From positions 1-64,000 of the forward strand of contig CBFFRP010000207.1 in assembly GCA_965644295.1 (NCBI GenBank): a stretch of 64,000 bases of DNA, written 5' to 3'. A program made the translations under genes and the position numbers. The notes below the pieces were generated by a model, which worked only from the letters and a program-made list of their open reading frames with translations, did not search any database and was not told where the DNA came from. Shown here in pieces: positions 37,481 to 51,782 of this stretch. Position 1 is the stretch's first letter. Every line of letters begins with the position of its first letter. The stretch comes from Paraphysomonas bandaiensis. Taxonomy: Eukaryota > Protista > Chrysophyceae.

Positions 37481-38856
37481 ATGACAAACATTTGGACTTC
37501 ACTCTTGTTTGCAATACTGCTGTCTGATAGTAGTAATGCCCTATTTTCAGGTTTCTACCGCCCCAATACTACTTATTCCCAGGGTACTGATCCACTGTAT
37601 GGTTTCCTGTATAGTGTGTGACGTTTATATGCAGAGACATACGGCGCGTCATGGTTAGCTCCGCGACATATGTTTCTCTCGTCTAGACGAAATATGCTTA
37701 CTATAAATGCGTTGGAGGGCGCCACCACATCTGTGCTCAATGCAAGAGCGGTTATGACTCGGGACTACTTTGACTACTTTGTTGAGCACCTTTCATCGAC
37801 AGTAAATATTTTAACAAACTATGAATTAGATGCTTTATTGGTTGAAAGATTACAACGAAAGATTCAGCACTATCGTTCACACCTGAGAAAATCCCGAAGG
37901 AGTCCTGGGCCGTTTCATAACAACACCGTAGCCATCATGCCCTTCAGCACGAATGCATTCCGCCCAAGCGAACCAGAGGCCATGCGCATCGCATTCTTCG
38001 AACTAACTTACCTGTCAATATATATACACTTCCCCCATATTGCGGTAGCAGTTGAAGATGATAGACATCATCGACTTCTTGAATCTCTAAATCTGCCTGC
38101 AGTATTTCATGTATTTATGTGTCAAAAGACTAATGCAGCGGACTATGACCTGATGAAAAGCATGCTACTACAGACACATGATAAACTCTCAAGTGCTGAT
38201 GTTGTGTGGTCCAAGTTTAAGTATGTGTTTTTCACAGAGTCTGATCAAGTCACCCACTTGCGGGTGCCGTGGGAATTGGCAAGGCTTTTGGAGCGGTCTG
38301 AGGAAAGCTTTATGATAACACCTCATCGCATGAATGTAAGAACCACACAAGTACTCATTTACAGTTGCATTTATTCCATACCTGTGTTGCAGCTAACATG
38401 ATATGTAGACAATGGTTCTGCCTAAAGATATGCCGAATAACCTTCAAGAGCATTCTGGTGAACCATGGAGGATAAATATGTAAGTTTTTGCTGCTTTTTA
38501 TAATTGCATTAACATAGCTGCGGACTACTTGCAGCCTCAAGGATGTCAATTTAATGCACGAAAGTGTTGTTACTCCTCGAGGTTCCTGTTGCGATGATGG
38601 GAGGTATATATTCACCAAGCAATGTGGAAACTTCTGGTATTTCTGTGAAGATTGGGGAATGAAGACCTTAGATAAGAATTGGGTAAAGTTCGGAGCACAC
38701 GGTTTCACGATGCCCCTCGTAACTGAACATCAGGGAAAGTGTAAGTATTATCCCAATAGAATTCAATGCTTGTTACCAGACGATTGTGATAACAGCATTC
38801 CCATGAAAAAAGATAGTGTAGTATGTAAAGAGGTTCAGAAGGCCATAGTTGTATAG
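37481..38856 (+). CDS. Hypothetical secreted protein with Cys-rich C-terminus (multi-exon)
   Basis: Signal-like MTNIWTSLLFAILLSDSSNA; long exon 37636-38335 with YVFFTESDQ..TPHRM; Cys-rich final exon; GT-AG introns. Confidence 0.6.
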
Positions 38857-39922
38857 TAATTAATCTATTTCATGCTGTTATTGCTCCATAAGAGGAAATA
38901 TCTATGACCTAATACCCACTCCATTCTGAAAGAACGACGTGGGAAGCCCCTTTCTACCCTCCAACCCCCAAGGGGCTCTCCCCTTGATAACTTTACTTAA
39001 TACTTTATTTTATTTATATTTTTATAAATTATTTACATTCTAATATTAAAGTTAAAAATTAATATTGGTTCTATGACTATTGGGCTCTATGACTTTTACG
39101 AACCTAAGGAAATGTATCTATAGCTACTGGTTTGTAAGTTGAAAAGATAACCGTCAGGTGCCTACTGTGTGGGTGGGGCAACATAATAGTAATAATAATA
39201 AAGTATACACATAAAATAATAATGTAATTTTAAGTTGACTCAGGAAGAGGGTAACTTGATACTAAATATATTTCATCATAGAGATTGCAAAGTAGAAAAC
39301 ACATAAGGATATAGTAAGAAACGGATTCAGGACGGATCTTCATCTCAAGAAACATTTCTTTCAAGGTTAACATGAATAGAAACATCAACTCTTTATACGT
39401 CATTAGAGTCTGCAGTAGGAGTACCATTGCAAAACGTCTTCCAGATAGACATGTCTCTACAACTGCAGATTAATGACGTATGAAAGAGTCGCAACTCAAC
39501 AGTAACATTCTCAATCCTTCCCATGTACGAAGAGTGCACGTTATTTCGCAATCGTTCCAACCCGCCCAACTTCTCTTCGGGCATCTGATGCATATTCGTA
39601 CACAGCAGTATGTATTAGCTAACAAAAGTCCCCAATTTCATGTGTTTATGCACTTTTGTTGCTGTAGATATTATTAAAAACCCGCAAAATCTTGAAAATT
39701 CACCGATTTTAGTGTACTAAATGTGCATTGTGTCCTTCTCGACTTCCTGATAAGAAGTGCAGAAGTGTGATTTATCAATCCAGCGAATCACTTGACTCCA
39801 AAGTGAAGTTAACTTGTGCATTGCTCACTTCATCTCTTCAAATATCAAACCATAAATGAACCTCATATTTTCATACCTTAATCAAGCTGTACACATCACT
39901 GGACTGATCTATCGGGATCCTC

Positions 39923-42900
39923 ATGGAGTCCGTGGATTCGTTTCTCAAACAGTTGGAGAGTATAATGCGTGGCAAGCGGATCGACGAGAGTGCGTTGCTT
40001 CATCAGGCGAATGATTTTTATTGTAAATCAAGAGAAGAGTTTCAGAGGTCTGATTCAGGTAACACGTATGCCTCATTAGACTGAAAGGCATCTGAATGTG
40101 TGTGATAGAGTCACTGGAGGAGGATAAAGAGGGACGACAGAAAATAATTGATGCCGCCGTGGCGCTTTATAACAAAGCTAAGGCTGTTGTTGTGCAGCCT
40201 AATACCACACTTTCGGAGTGTGTGGCGTATCTTAAGGCTTCAGCCGCCTGGATGTTATCCACCTATGGACATTCTAGCACCAAGTTTGTTGTAATGCATG
40301 TGCGGCTACACTGTAGAGCTGCTAGTGATATGCTGCAAGTAGGACAACGGGAAAATGCTAGTGATAATCTCACACACGCCTGTGAGTGCTGGTCTAAATT
40401 GAATGCACAAGCGCTTGAGAGAATACTTTCTCCTATGGATCTAGAGGGCTTGCGATACGTGGCTTTTAATGGGTTGATGGATTACTGTATGCTTTTGAGG
40501 GAGGGCATAGGCAGAGGTACTGACAAGGATCGAGAGGAAAAACTTGGAAAATGTGTAGGGTTGGTTTTGGACTTACTTCCTTACCTCCCGTCTGAGTGTC
40601 AGCGATTCTGTCGACTTTTACTGGACATTGGACAGGAACAGATACTGGCTGGATCATATGAGGCAGGTTTGCATTACCTTCGCACGACCGTGAGTACACT
40701 GCGCCAGCATCAGATCACACCTGGAAATGACAGAACAGAAAGAGGGGATAACAATAATTTGTTGCTTGTGAAAGCCCTCCTGGCCATGGCATACGCGTTC
40801 CAGGAATTAGGACAGTATGAAAAAGCACTGGAAAGTGTGAATGCTTCGGAGGAGGTACCTTTTCCAGACAATTCTAGCCAGTCTGTATCCTCAGAAACAT
40901 TTGCATTTGCCAAGTTATCCATTCACTGTCGACAAGGGGATGCGGGGTCTGCGAGTGCGCAGTTGCGGCGGCTTATACAGGAGGCAGGGTCCTTTGATAT
41001 GGCCTTGAACGCGGTAGTTTTACTCATACAGGGTGCTGCAGGAATGAATACCTCTGAAGACCAGTGGCTGCAGAATTTAGAGTATTTTCAGCTACTAGGT
41101 GAAAAGTTCCAGCGGTGAGATGATGTGCAGGCTGTTTTTTGAAGATGCTGTATTTTTTAGTACTATTTATTTGTTAATATTGTTGTGTTTATGCGAAGAG
41201 ATCCAGAGTTCACTACATCGCGCATTGCACATCTCCAGTATTCCCTCTTGGGCGCTCGCCCCTCAGATAGCCAAGAAGACAACTCGGGTAGAACTATGAT
41301 GTAGTAAAAAGTGACTTGTTTTTTATGTAACACATGTTGCGCTATTTGCATTTGTACATTCTCATTCACGTTGTATTATGTACACGTAGTGATATATAAA
41401 TAAGTTTGAATGCACAGGTATCTGCTTGTTCTCCAAATGTATATGGATGTACTTTGACTTTCAAATGTTTCATAGGCATACTCACCCAGCGGGCTATGAG
41501 TATTAGTAAAGCCATTATTCTTGACCATCAGCAACGAGTACATCCCTTGACCGAAGGAGATTCTCTTAGGTTTTTGCAGCTCTTGCAGGAAAGAGTGAAG
41601 CTCAAGCGCTTCAGATCAGAATGGGATGAAGTTATTCAATGGTGTGACATGCTGCTTTCGTTTTTACCTGCCTCTGACGTCAACAATAAGGTGTGGTTGT
41701 TTAATGAACATAACTCAATGGTTTATAAGTATTGCACTGCGTGTGAAGGATATCTCGATTCATGCATGTACCCTGTTTGGCATGACGAATGTAATGTTCA
41801 GGTTGTAGTCATGATGTGGAAAGCTGGGGCCTGTACACATGTGTCTGGTCGAGAGGAAGAGGCTCTGGCTTTGTCTGTAGCTTGCGCAGAGATGACCCCC
41901 TGCACCCGCACCATGCTTCTTGTACTTCACGCAGCACTCTGTGTTCGACCTCCCCAACAGGCTGTCCACATATTCCTTGAATTTCATAGAGGGAAGGGTA
42001 ATGTTGACACCAGTCTCCCGGAAGATGGCAATAAATTGTATGTACAGAGCGATGGTGAAATCCCCAGCAGTACTAGTGATTTGTCGCGTTTACTCATGGC
42101 TTGCAAAGTAGTGCGAGAGTGTGAAGCCACGAAAGGAATTTGTGTTGAGGTGGGGAATGGATGGAGTTCAAAATGTGATGTGGTCATAAGTCAACTACTT
42201 GCGGAGTGGGTCGTCGGCTATAAAGTAGGGGAGCACTGGAGACATACACTCCTTGGTCCTAATCCCACAGGGAATGCAAATGGTGGAGGCAATGTAGGAT
42301 TGGATTTATGTGTACATGGGATGACACAAAACGTTGCTGTTCCTGCAATTCTGTCGGAGGACTTTTTGTCTTCTGCCCCCTCTCACAGCGATGAAGGTAC
42401 AACTACTACGCTATTAAGTGTGTTAAGTGAACTCTGCCAACTGTTCCTGTGCATGCATCTGAATATCGTCAGGGATGGTGAGGAAAGACCTTCCATATCG
42501 TACTCTCAAAGTCAACACAATGTAGCAAGCAATAACGCGACAGTCAATAAGTCAGCTGAGGTGACCAGTGACGAACTGCTTGATGGAGTAAAAAATAGTG
42601 TTGAATCGGAAGTGGCCCAGAATAACACTGAAATAGCATCTACAGAAGATTTAAATGGCGCACAGGAGGAATTTGCAATTGATGCTGAGGGAACGTCTAA
42701 TTCTGTGGGAAATAGAAACTCCATTAGCCTTATATTTAGAGAGAATGATGTGGGAAATGAAACTGCCGATGAGACGTATGTTCTTTACGGTAGTCTACAT
42801 CAGATACGTTCTGGCCTGTTAGTTCATATACAGTCCTTTTTGGAGATTCACGATGTCGTTGATTCATCAGGTGCTGTGAATCTCTGTGTATTAGGCGGAG

Positions 42901-44315
42901 TAGCGGATATATACTGGCTTGGTGACTTGGCGTGGAATGTAGGGGTGTTGCTTATGCACAAGGATCGGTGTGGACTATGTGACCCCAGTGGCGAAAGCTG
43001 TGAAGGACAATCTGAGGCGGACAGGTATGCGCTTGGAGCGGAGTTTTTTGAGGCAGCAAGTAGGTTATACAGAACTACAAGTTCTTATCCAAGAACAGAA
43101 GAAGTTGACTGTAAGCGCAACAGTTTCGATTCGGTGTCTCTTCGAAATCAAGTGACTTGTCTGTTGGTAGCATCGGCACTGCGGTTGGACATTGATGAAT
43201 TGATATTTGAAAAATCTGAGTGCAACAAGCAAACTTCAGTCGAAACGATTCTAATAAGTAATGACCAAACGGTAAAAATGCGAGACACAGCATTCGAGAT
43301 TGATAAAAATATAGCAACTGCAGAAAAGAACATTCAACTGGCATCCGATCTTCTCCGACGACTTCTGGGATATGGAGACTCCGAACAACGTCTGCGTAAA
43401 ATATTTCTCATGCTTTCATTAGCGGTCAAGTGCCGCACGAGTGCTGTGGACACCGAAAACTATATCTCACAGCACCAGGACGAGTTACTGTCTTTCTCTG
43501 CGCAGGAATTAGTTCGTTGTGCAGATATAGTCCTCACTGAGAGAGGTGGTACTCAAGAAGGAGGTCGACGAATTCTACTGTATGCTATACAAGTCCTCAC
43601 TCGCGCTACGGCACCAGACTACCCCCTCATTGGCACGTTGTACAGAAGGCTCATTATTCTCAGCCCCAGCCGGACGAAGGTAACGCATATATATTTTCGA
43701 TGTAGTGTTGATGTCGAGTGAAAATTTTACTTTAATATTTAGAGTGCATGCAATGCAGTATGGCTTTTTTGAAACTAAAGATTACTGTGTATATGTGGGC
43801 TATTGTACTGAGGCCACATAACTTCTCTCAATTTAGGCGATGGAGTGGATTGAGGAGTTCGAACAGTTAATAAAAAGTTTTGCTAGCACAGACGCCAATA
43901 ATTCAACTGTCAACGAGGCGTCGCCTTTTCATAATTCCGATATAGACACTATCTGCACTACTTGTTACAACTGGAGTGTCACCTTGGTGGAACTTGGACA
44001 GCATGATCTAGCAGAAAAGTTTGCTTGCAAGTCCCTGGGGCTCACGAAATATGCATCACCGCATATTGCTAAGCTCAAAGAAACAATTCAGGTGATGAGG
44101 TTCACATTCTCTGTTAGTTTTGTGGTAGTTTAAACACCATTACTTGTTTACAGGATGCCTACTTGTACATATTGAAGCTCAAGGCGGACCGCAGAGGTAA
44201 TGACACCGTCAATAGGGTGACCTGCTTTGGTGTGAATGATTCAACACTAGTATCCGTGGATGACGCGAATGCTACTGTTCCAATGGATATAACACACTTG
44301 CAAGAGCCAATGTAG
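39923..44315 (+). CDS. TPR-type helical protein, ZIP4/SPO22/TEX11-like (multi-exon)
   Basis: All-alpha TPR-like exons; motifs IQWCDMLLSFLP, YWLGDLAWNVGV, CYNWSVTLVELGQHDLAEKFACKSL resemble ZIP4/TEX11 (recognised by eye only). Confidence 0.55.
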
Positions 44316-44638
44316 ACTGTGTTAATGAGGTCGCCTCTATAAATATTATATGGTTGATTTGGAGTCATATAGGTGAAATAAATTCGGGAATGCATTTGCC
44401 TGCTTTATCGAAACGTGATTATTTTTTGTCTGCTTTGAGTTTTCAAGATTGGTATAAATATATGTATTTATTAATCGTTGAATTGTGCTTTAAGAGTATG
44501 GATTGGACTAATTTTATTTAAATCGGATGTATGCGTATCTCTTATCTGTTGATTATAAGATACCGGTGTATCAACCATTGAAACTCTTTCCATTAGCATA
44601 AATACGACGAAAATAATCTCAGCTCCCGTATTTTACAT

Positions 44639-45268
44639 CGACTCTCACCTAGACCGCGTCAGCGACGTACGAAGCAAAGCATGGTAGAGTTCACAGGTTT
44701 TTCCCAGATCGCGTCAAACTTGTGGCAACACACGATTTAAATGGAGTAACACCCAGCGCGAGTTCTACGCGAGACCTAACGCACCCCTCCGGTTGCCTTC
44801 CACTTCCACTACCCCCGCCTCTGCGGAGACGCCACAATGCCAACTCCGTCAGCTACTCCTCTGCCCTAGACCCAACTTGCAGCTGGAGCCATTCAAAGAC
44901 ACGCTGGAGCCCCAATATAACCCCTCGCCCATGTATCTCAGGCTACGAACACTTGACTCACTGATACAGAATCCTCCTCCACAAAGTCCTGCGGAGCTCT
45001 ACCCCTAGGGACACCCCCCTGACTAATCCCTTCTGTACCTCAAGAACTCACGTTCATAGAGAGCTTCTCTCCACATACAAGAACGGAAGTGGTTGCACCT
45101 TGGTGCTTGCGGCGACGCACAAGCAGCTTCTGTAGCGTTACATAGTAGGATATGAGAATTTGTGCTAGTTAGTGACAGGTAGAAGTTAATCTATAGCTTG
45201 ACTAGTCTTCATCTAACTACTTATCTGGTGTTAGTCCTTGTCGCCTACTCTAATAATAGGACTTTTAA
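44639..45268 (+). mobile_element. 630-bp insertion flanked by 45-bp direct repeats, carrying the dispersed hairpin repeat
   Basis: 44594-44638 and 45269-45313 are 40/45 identical; internal 45085-45172 matches the 13.3-kb and 50.5-kb repeat. Confidence 0.65.
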
Positions 45269-45580
45269 TAGCATGAATACGACGAAAATAACAACAGCTC
45301 CCATATTTTACATTCATCATTTCTTTTTAGTCATGTCGTAAATAGAGTTGATGCTGTAGCCTTCTTTGAAATTCTTCTCATTGAAAAATGAAATTTTCAT
45401 CTTTAGTGGTTGACGATGTTTAGTGTGTTTTCAGAGTATTCAGTATTCAATAAAGTCTACAAACTCACAATAGAATTAGCAATCAGAAAAATATTATACA
45501 TTCATTTACTTAAAAACCTAGTGCTATCTTTCCATGAATGTTGGGAATAGACTACTAATAAGTATATTTTTCTAGCTAAA

Positions 45581-48210
45581 TTATTGCATATTTACAACGC
45601 TACTTTTTTGTATCGTAGATTCTACATGCTCGAACTCCTCAATTTCATTTTCTTCCGCTGCTATATATTCATTTTCTTCAGGGGGGGCACAATATATTCG
45701 CTTACTTAGCGGACGTGGTAGCGCTCTTCCTTTGGCGGTGTCAGATCTTCTAAAGACATGTGGGAAATAGAGAAGTAACCCATTGGCGTAATAAAACATC
45801 AATAAAAATGTGAGACCCCACCCTGCATTATTCATATAAACATCATATAACGGTACGACGTCGTCACATCCTCCATGCCCATGCTGATTTCCCTCCACGT
45901 AATAACTCAGACATGTATGCTTTTTGTCGTAGTCATTAGCGCCTTCACAGAAATTGGGCCAAAGTCTGTGGTAAGCACATAAAACATGGCTGTTATCAGC
46001 TAAACTGGCAGCTTGTCTAACACAACGGTCCGTAGTGTTGGTGGAGTAGTCGATGACTTCCTTATCAGAGTACACCTCTGCAAACTCGGAAGTAGAAAAG
46101 AGGAGTGCTAGAAGGGCACAGCCTACAGCGAGAGATACGATATACCATATATAGTCAAAGGACCGTCTTCCAGTTATCAAAGTGAAAATATTAGATATTG
46201 CCCATAGTATCGTAAATACGGCGTAGGTTGCCTCCAACTGAAATCCGGCAGGCCAGTGCTTGGCTGCTTCTCCAGCATTGTCAAAATATACGTTTACTTT
46301 ACCGGACTCAGTGTAGAAAGAATTCGCTTCCGCCCACATCACAACGGCTATTACTGGCAAAAACCAAAGCAAAAAAAGATTCAACCAAGTCAGGCGTACT
46401 AGCTGTCTCTTCAGTTTGAAAAAATCTCGACACGGCCCATCACAGAATCTTGCCTGAAACTCCTTCGCAATATATTTAACCCAACTGTCATTGACTTCAA
46501 TATCCCCGAACCACTCCCCAGCAACCGGAAACTTTTCGGTACAAACAAAAGGCTGAGGGGGGCGCACCTTGGTGTAGGCAACGACAAGCTTCTTCTTTGG
46601 GTCAGGTTCAGGTTTCAGATCAGAGGGATACGCAACACACGGTCCCCAGAAAAAAAAATTGAAAGTAAAAGACCCGGTGAACATTCCTTTATCATTATCC
46701 CAAAACATATGGATTGTCACTGTTTGACCTTCATTCTGATCGTTGAATCTATCTCTATCATTCAGCGATCCACGTATGTACTTTTTTTGCATAATTAATG
46801 CTCCTAAAGTGTAGCAATACACCCCGCCGATCACATACTCACCAACATTGTCCATTCCCACGTTATCTGCAATGAGATCTCCCATCTGATGATCAATCGC
46901 ACGGTAATTCATCAAAGGCAAGGGGGCATGATAACGGCCTAGTCGATAGCTTTTCCCGTAAAATTGCTCCTGGACAAATGTGAATTTGTACTTGTCAAAC
47001 AGATCAACTGGGAGGTTGCAACTTCTTCCGGACAATCGAATCAAGTAGATATACATCATTGGTCGGATCTGAGCCACAATTGGAAAAAATGCAAATGTAA
47101 GTACAGTCAATACCGTTCCTATTACAAATATTATAAACATAGAACCCACGAGATTTCCTGAAGTGTATGAGTTGTAACAGTATGGGCCGCGATCATCTGA
47201 AATCAAACACTTCATGAGGCAGGATAATTCGTATGATCATAATATACCTACCACTAGGTCCCTGCCCCACCCAACATGATACCCGCTGCCCTGCAATAAA
47301 CTCGTCATCATCTTCTTCACCTCCCGCTGACACCCCTTCTCCAGCAATTTCACATACTGGTTGTATGCTATGCTTCACATGTTCGGCATCAAGCAAGCAT
47401 TCACTTGAAAAATTGTAATAGAGTACGCCAAATCCTCGATCATTACATTTTTTAATCTTCTCCGCCTTAAAAGAATCTGTTGATGACTCAAAGCAATTTC
47501 CTGTACCGAGAGCAACATATTTATATGCACCACTCGGCGTTTTGTCTTCGCACTCACTCAAGTCGTCGTAATACCTGCATATCAGCGAAACTGGAGTCAC
47601 AAACCCACATAAATAATACATTATAAAACCACTTACTCAAACACAACACTCCGTGGGAGTTTCTTCCATGGCTTCATATTTCTCGTGCACATCAGGTTCT
47701 CAAACCAGCTGTCATCGTCGCCGGTAGCTGAATCGCACACACTTTCCATAGTGGTGGCATACACTCTTGGAACACCCGTACAGTCCGATGAGTTAAAGTA
47801 ATACATTATCCTCGATAGTGACTCCGGGTCATTATCTATCGTACTGCATTCGTAGTAGTGAGAATCACCCTCTGAAGAGTCTGTGATGCATTTTCCCAGC
47901 TGTTGACCTGCAGACCATTAGCCACTACACAGGTTCCAGATGTTGCATTACCATACTGAGAATTAGCCCCTTGACACCCCCCATTAGTGTAGTAGGTGAG
48001 CACCATGTATCCAGTGGTGAATGATGAGGTGAGTCGTCTATCTGATAGTGTGTCTGTGTCTGCCGTCTCTCTCAGTGCATGTGACTTATCTCTACTCACA
48101 ACTGCACTGAAACGACTCTCAAGTAACTTCTTTTGATATTGGAAGAGCTCCGAGTGACTGGGTGTTAAGATACAGGTGACTATGATGAGAAGTATGGAGG
48201 AGTATGTCAT
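45581..48210 (-). CDS. Hypothetical multi-pass membrane protein with signal peptide and Cys-rich extracellular N-terminus (multi-exon)
   Basis: MTYSSILLIIVTCILTPSHS signal; Cys-rich exons; final long exon has about 5 hydrophobic segments. Confidence 0.65.
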
Positions 48211-48709
48211 CGTCTGTGTGTATGTGTATGTATGTATGTACAGTTACTTTCTGACAGTTAAGATACGGCTGTAGTATGAACTACAGGCCAGCGTCTACAT
48301 GACAGGGACGCATAGAGGAGGGGAGGAGGATGATAGCCTACTGTCAACTCTTTCAGATCATCAGGAGTGAGCTGCTGGGTGTAATCTGATAGTTTGATGT
48401 TGTAATTGATATTATCATATATACACACAGCTCATATGGAGTGTGTGTGTACTGCTGTACATGCTGATGTATGCTATGAGCTAAGAACGTGTACATATGT
48501 ACAGGTGCAGCAGTACTCTCCATATACAAATACACCGCTGTGGACTGTATAGCGTATACTACTGCTGTAGTCCACTATACAATGCTACACCGTAACGGAA
48601 CGACTGTTATACAGCAGTATATACCGGTATACAGCAGATGTATTATGGGTGTGATACGGCGGTAGGTCGTGCAGAGTTTGCTGTATGTATATGTATGTAT
48701 ATGTATGTA

Positions 48710-51470
48710 GGAAGTAGGGTCCCAACTAATGCCGATTTCAGATTTTTTGGTTCCTGCTTGTGCCGATTTTTTTATAGAAAAGTGCACGATTGGTATGAAG
48801 ATTAACTGACTTCAGGCAGATCTCTCATACATACATGCACTGAGTCGCACATTGCACATAAGGTTGCACATTATACTGCGCACCATTCATATCAGACAAT
48901 GCCACAACAGTATCAATGTAAGCTCGTGCCCAATACATAACGTAGGGGCTCTGAATCCATGCCGTTGTTGGGACCATCGACCAGTCTGCAGCGATATCGC
49001 AACAACAAGGGATCTTCCTGACTATGTGCCTCATAGGACAGTAGTGAATCGTGTACTTTGATCATTGGGAGACTCGCCTTTGCCTGATAAAGTATCTAGG
49101 AAGGATGGAAACATACCAACTATGACCAGAGAGAGGTCTCATGGTTGGAGGTATGAAACTGCGGTTAAGCTCCTCTCTCTACGGTGAATCTACACTCTGA
49201 AGGAGCGCAAAATATTTGTTTGCAAGGTAGTTGTTATTTTGTGCTTATCTACTTGTGTATATGTCTACGATTTATAATATCATGTATATCTAGTTGCCTT
49301 GTTGAAGGGTGTCATCTCCACAACTGGAAGAGAAATCATACTGGAAAAGTATGGTGCTGTATTGTACACACAATCGATGATAGGGCACAGTTTCGGGATA
49401 TTCTTCGGCTAGACTTTGGTAGTACCGAAGATGCGTCCTCTTTTCGCTACTTCTGCAAAAGACCCTCCAACTACACCATTGTGGATATGGTCTTCCCTCT
49501 TGGTCGTACCCAGAGCCATATTTCCAACAGCGTTGACCGCGATATTATGGCCTCGACGTCTGAACTTCTGGACCGATTAGACGTCTGATCTTCATAAGCG
49601 CTTCATGTAGGAAGTACTACATGTGCATTCACATTCATGCGGTTGGAAGAGGCCTATTGCGGCAAGAGTTCAATTCGCTCCAACTTTATGGTTCCCGGAA
49701 AGCTTTGAATTCCGGTGACGCCAGGCTTCTCCAGACATTCGGATTGTTCTGTCGCTGGTTTCTCACAGGAGCGCCAGGTGGCTGTGGAAGAGCAGCCGAG
49801 GATGAAACACATGGTATTATGTGGAGCCGTATGAGGGGGGTTCAGACTTCTGCCTTCTCATCAAGAGCACCACGGCATATTTCCATGAGAAGGGCTGGAT
49901 CACCCCCGCCCGCGAATACTAATATTTGTAGTAGTTTATATGTTTATATCATGTAAACGATGTGTGAACTGCACACCTTTACACCTGCCATATGTGAACA
50001 ACTACACACCACATTTTTCTCCTATAAGAGTACTCAATATAAATATCTCCTATACTCATTATTAATTTCTTTTAATACTTGAATCTTATTTCCACTACTA
50101 CTTACCAGGGTTGCGAAAAAATTAATTGGTGAGATGCAAACACTACCCAAGAATCCAATTATTGTCGTTGCAATTAATTGCCTTCTACTCTAGTGCTTGA
50201 TTTTAACATAGCTTTCACTACTTACTTCTGCTAGCTACCTTCGCCCTCAAAAAAGTCTGAATCGCACCTTTTATTCTGAGTTCTCCGGGAAACTAACGTG
50301 AGCCCCATATATAGTAAGCAGATATTGTTCTGCCCACTCATAGCAGAATGTTTGTGTGATACACGGGACAAAATAAGTGTCACTTCTCGTATAAACGTCT
50401 TTGGGCCTTGACTATTAAACAGGAATGGGCCCACCTCAAGAGTATCTGGGGTATTGGACTGCATACTGAAGCCATGCATCCGGGCTATTCACCTTAAGGA
50501 CAGAGAGGGAAAGTGGCTGCACCATGGTGCTTGTGGTGACGCACAAGCAGCTTTCGTAGCGCCAAATAGTAGGATATCTTAGTTAAGCACTAGTTAATTA
50601 TATTGCTTGGCTACATTAGTGCTGACTCTTACACGCCTACTGCTAATAATCAGACATTCACTACTAGCTACTTTCGCAAGAACTATCTACTGAATTGATC
50701 CGAAGTCACCAATCAGCATCATCTGAACACTGGCCAGTGGATAGTCCCTTTCCAGCGCTTACAGTGCATTCCAACACGCGCTTCGTCGACCAATGTGTCA
50801 AATATAGTGATATATATTCTTTTACCATTACTAACATCACCATCACCCATATGATTGCATACGTGTCAACCTCTAGTATTGAGGTAGGTGCATTGCTTTG
50901 GATTAATAGGAACGTAATGATGATATCATACAAAATTCATACACAATTATGAGTGCACAGTATCTACAGAGCTACATTCTACAAACATACAGGCTGTGTA
51001 GAGTCACGTGGTGTTTGTATTCCAGGTGATACACACAGTCATGTGTGCTACACAGAGTCTTAAATATCGGGCTACATTCAATGTTTTGAGGGAATTAGGC
51101 CTCGGATTCGAGTCCAGCACTATTGAATTAGTACAGAATGCTGTTTGTGTCCTCAGAGTCACATGGTGTGTTGATGTATCGTGTAGAGTGTGTGAAGGAC
51201 TGTCATCAGTGGAGTGAGGGGGGTCATGAAAACCGGCACTAATAGGATCCTAAAAAAAAAGATAACTGAAAAACCCCTTAAGGGCACTCACTTTGGACAT
51301 GAATAACTCGAGATCCAAATCATGAATCAAGCTGGTCAATTATAATGCATCTCACACAAAATCATTCCACATCTGATGACGTATTTGCTAACGTCATCGC
51401 CACTCTGTGACTGAAACTGTGATTGACTGAAAACACCTAAAAAACCGGCATTAGTGGGGACCCTACTTCC
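48710..51470. mobile_element. 2761-bp non-autonomous DNA transposon with 25-bp TIRs, inserted in a TATG microsatellite
   Basis: GGAAGTAGGGTCCCAACTAATGCCG (48710-48734) versus its inverted copy CGGCATTAGTGGGGACCCTACTTCC (51446-51470), 1 mismatch; TATG/TATATG repeats abut both ends. Confidence 0.8.
50347..50605 (+). repeat. Dispersed repeat copy nested inside the TIR element
   Basis: Reverse complement aligns in blocks with 13233-13586. Confidence 0.8.
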
Positions 51471-51552
51471 TATATGTATGTATATGTATGTATATGTATG
51501 TATATGTATATGTATGTATATGTATGTATATGTATGTATATGTATATGTATG

Positions 51553-51584
<32 letters not shown>

Positions 51585-51750
51585 TGTATGTATGTATGTA
51601 TGTATGTATGTATGTATATGTATGTATATGTATATGTATGTATATGTATGTATATATGTATATGTATGTATATGTATATGTATATGTATGTATATGTATG
51701 TATATGTATATGTATGTATGTATGTATATGAATATGTATGTATATGTATG

Positions 51751-51782
<32 letters not shown>

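Noticed and set aside
38941-38984. GC-rich hairpin GGGAAGCCCCTT...AAGGGGCTCTCCC before an AT-rich tract
   Set aside because: Could be a Helitron or MITE end, but no partner terminus or second copy was found.
39230-39600. Coding-like minus-strand fragment
   Set aside because: Multiple stops and no recognisable motif.
48850-49910. Possible transposase remnant inside the TIR element
   Set aside because: Broken frames with no DDE or other motif recognisable by eye.
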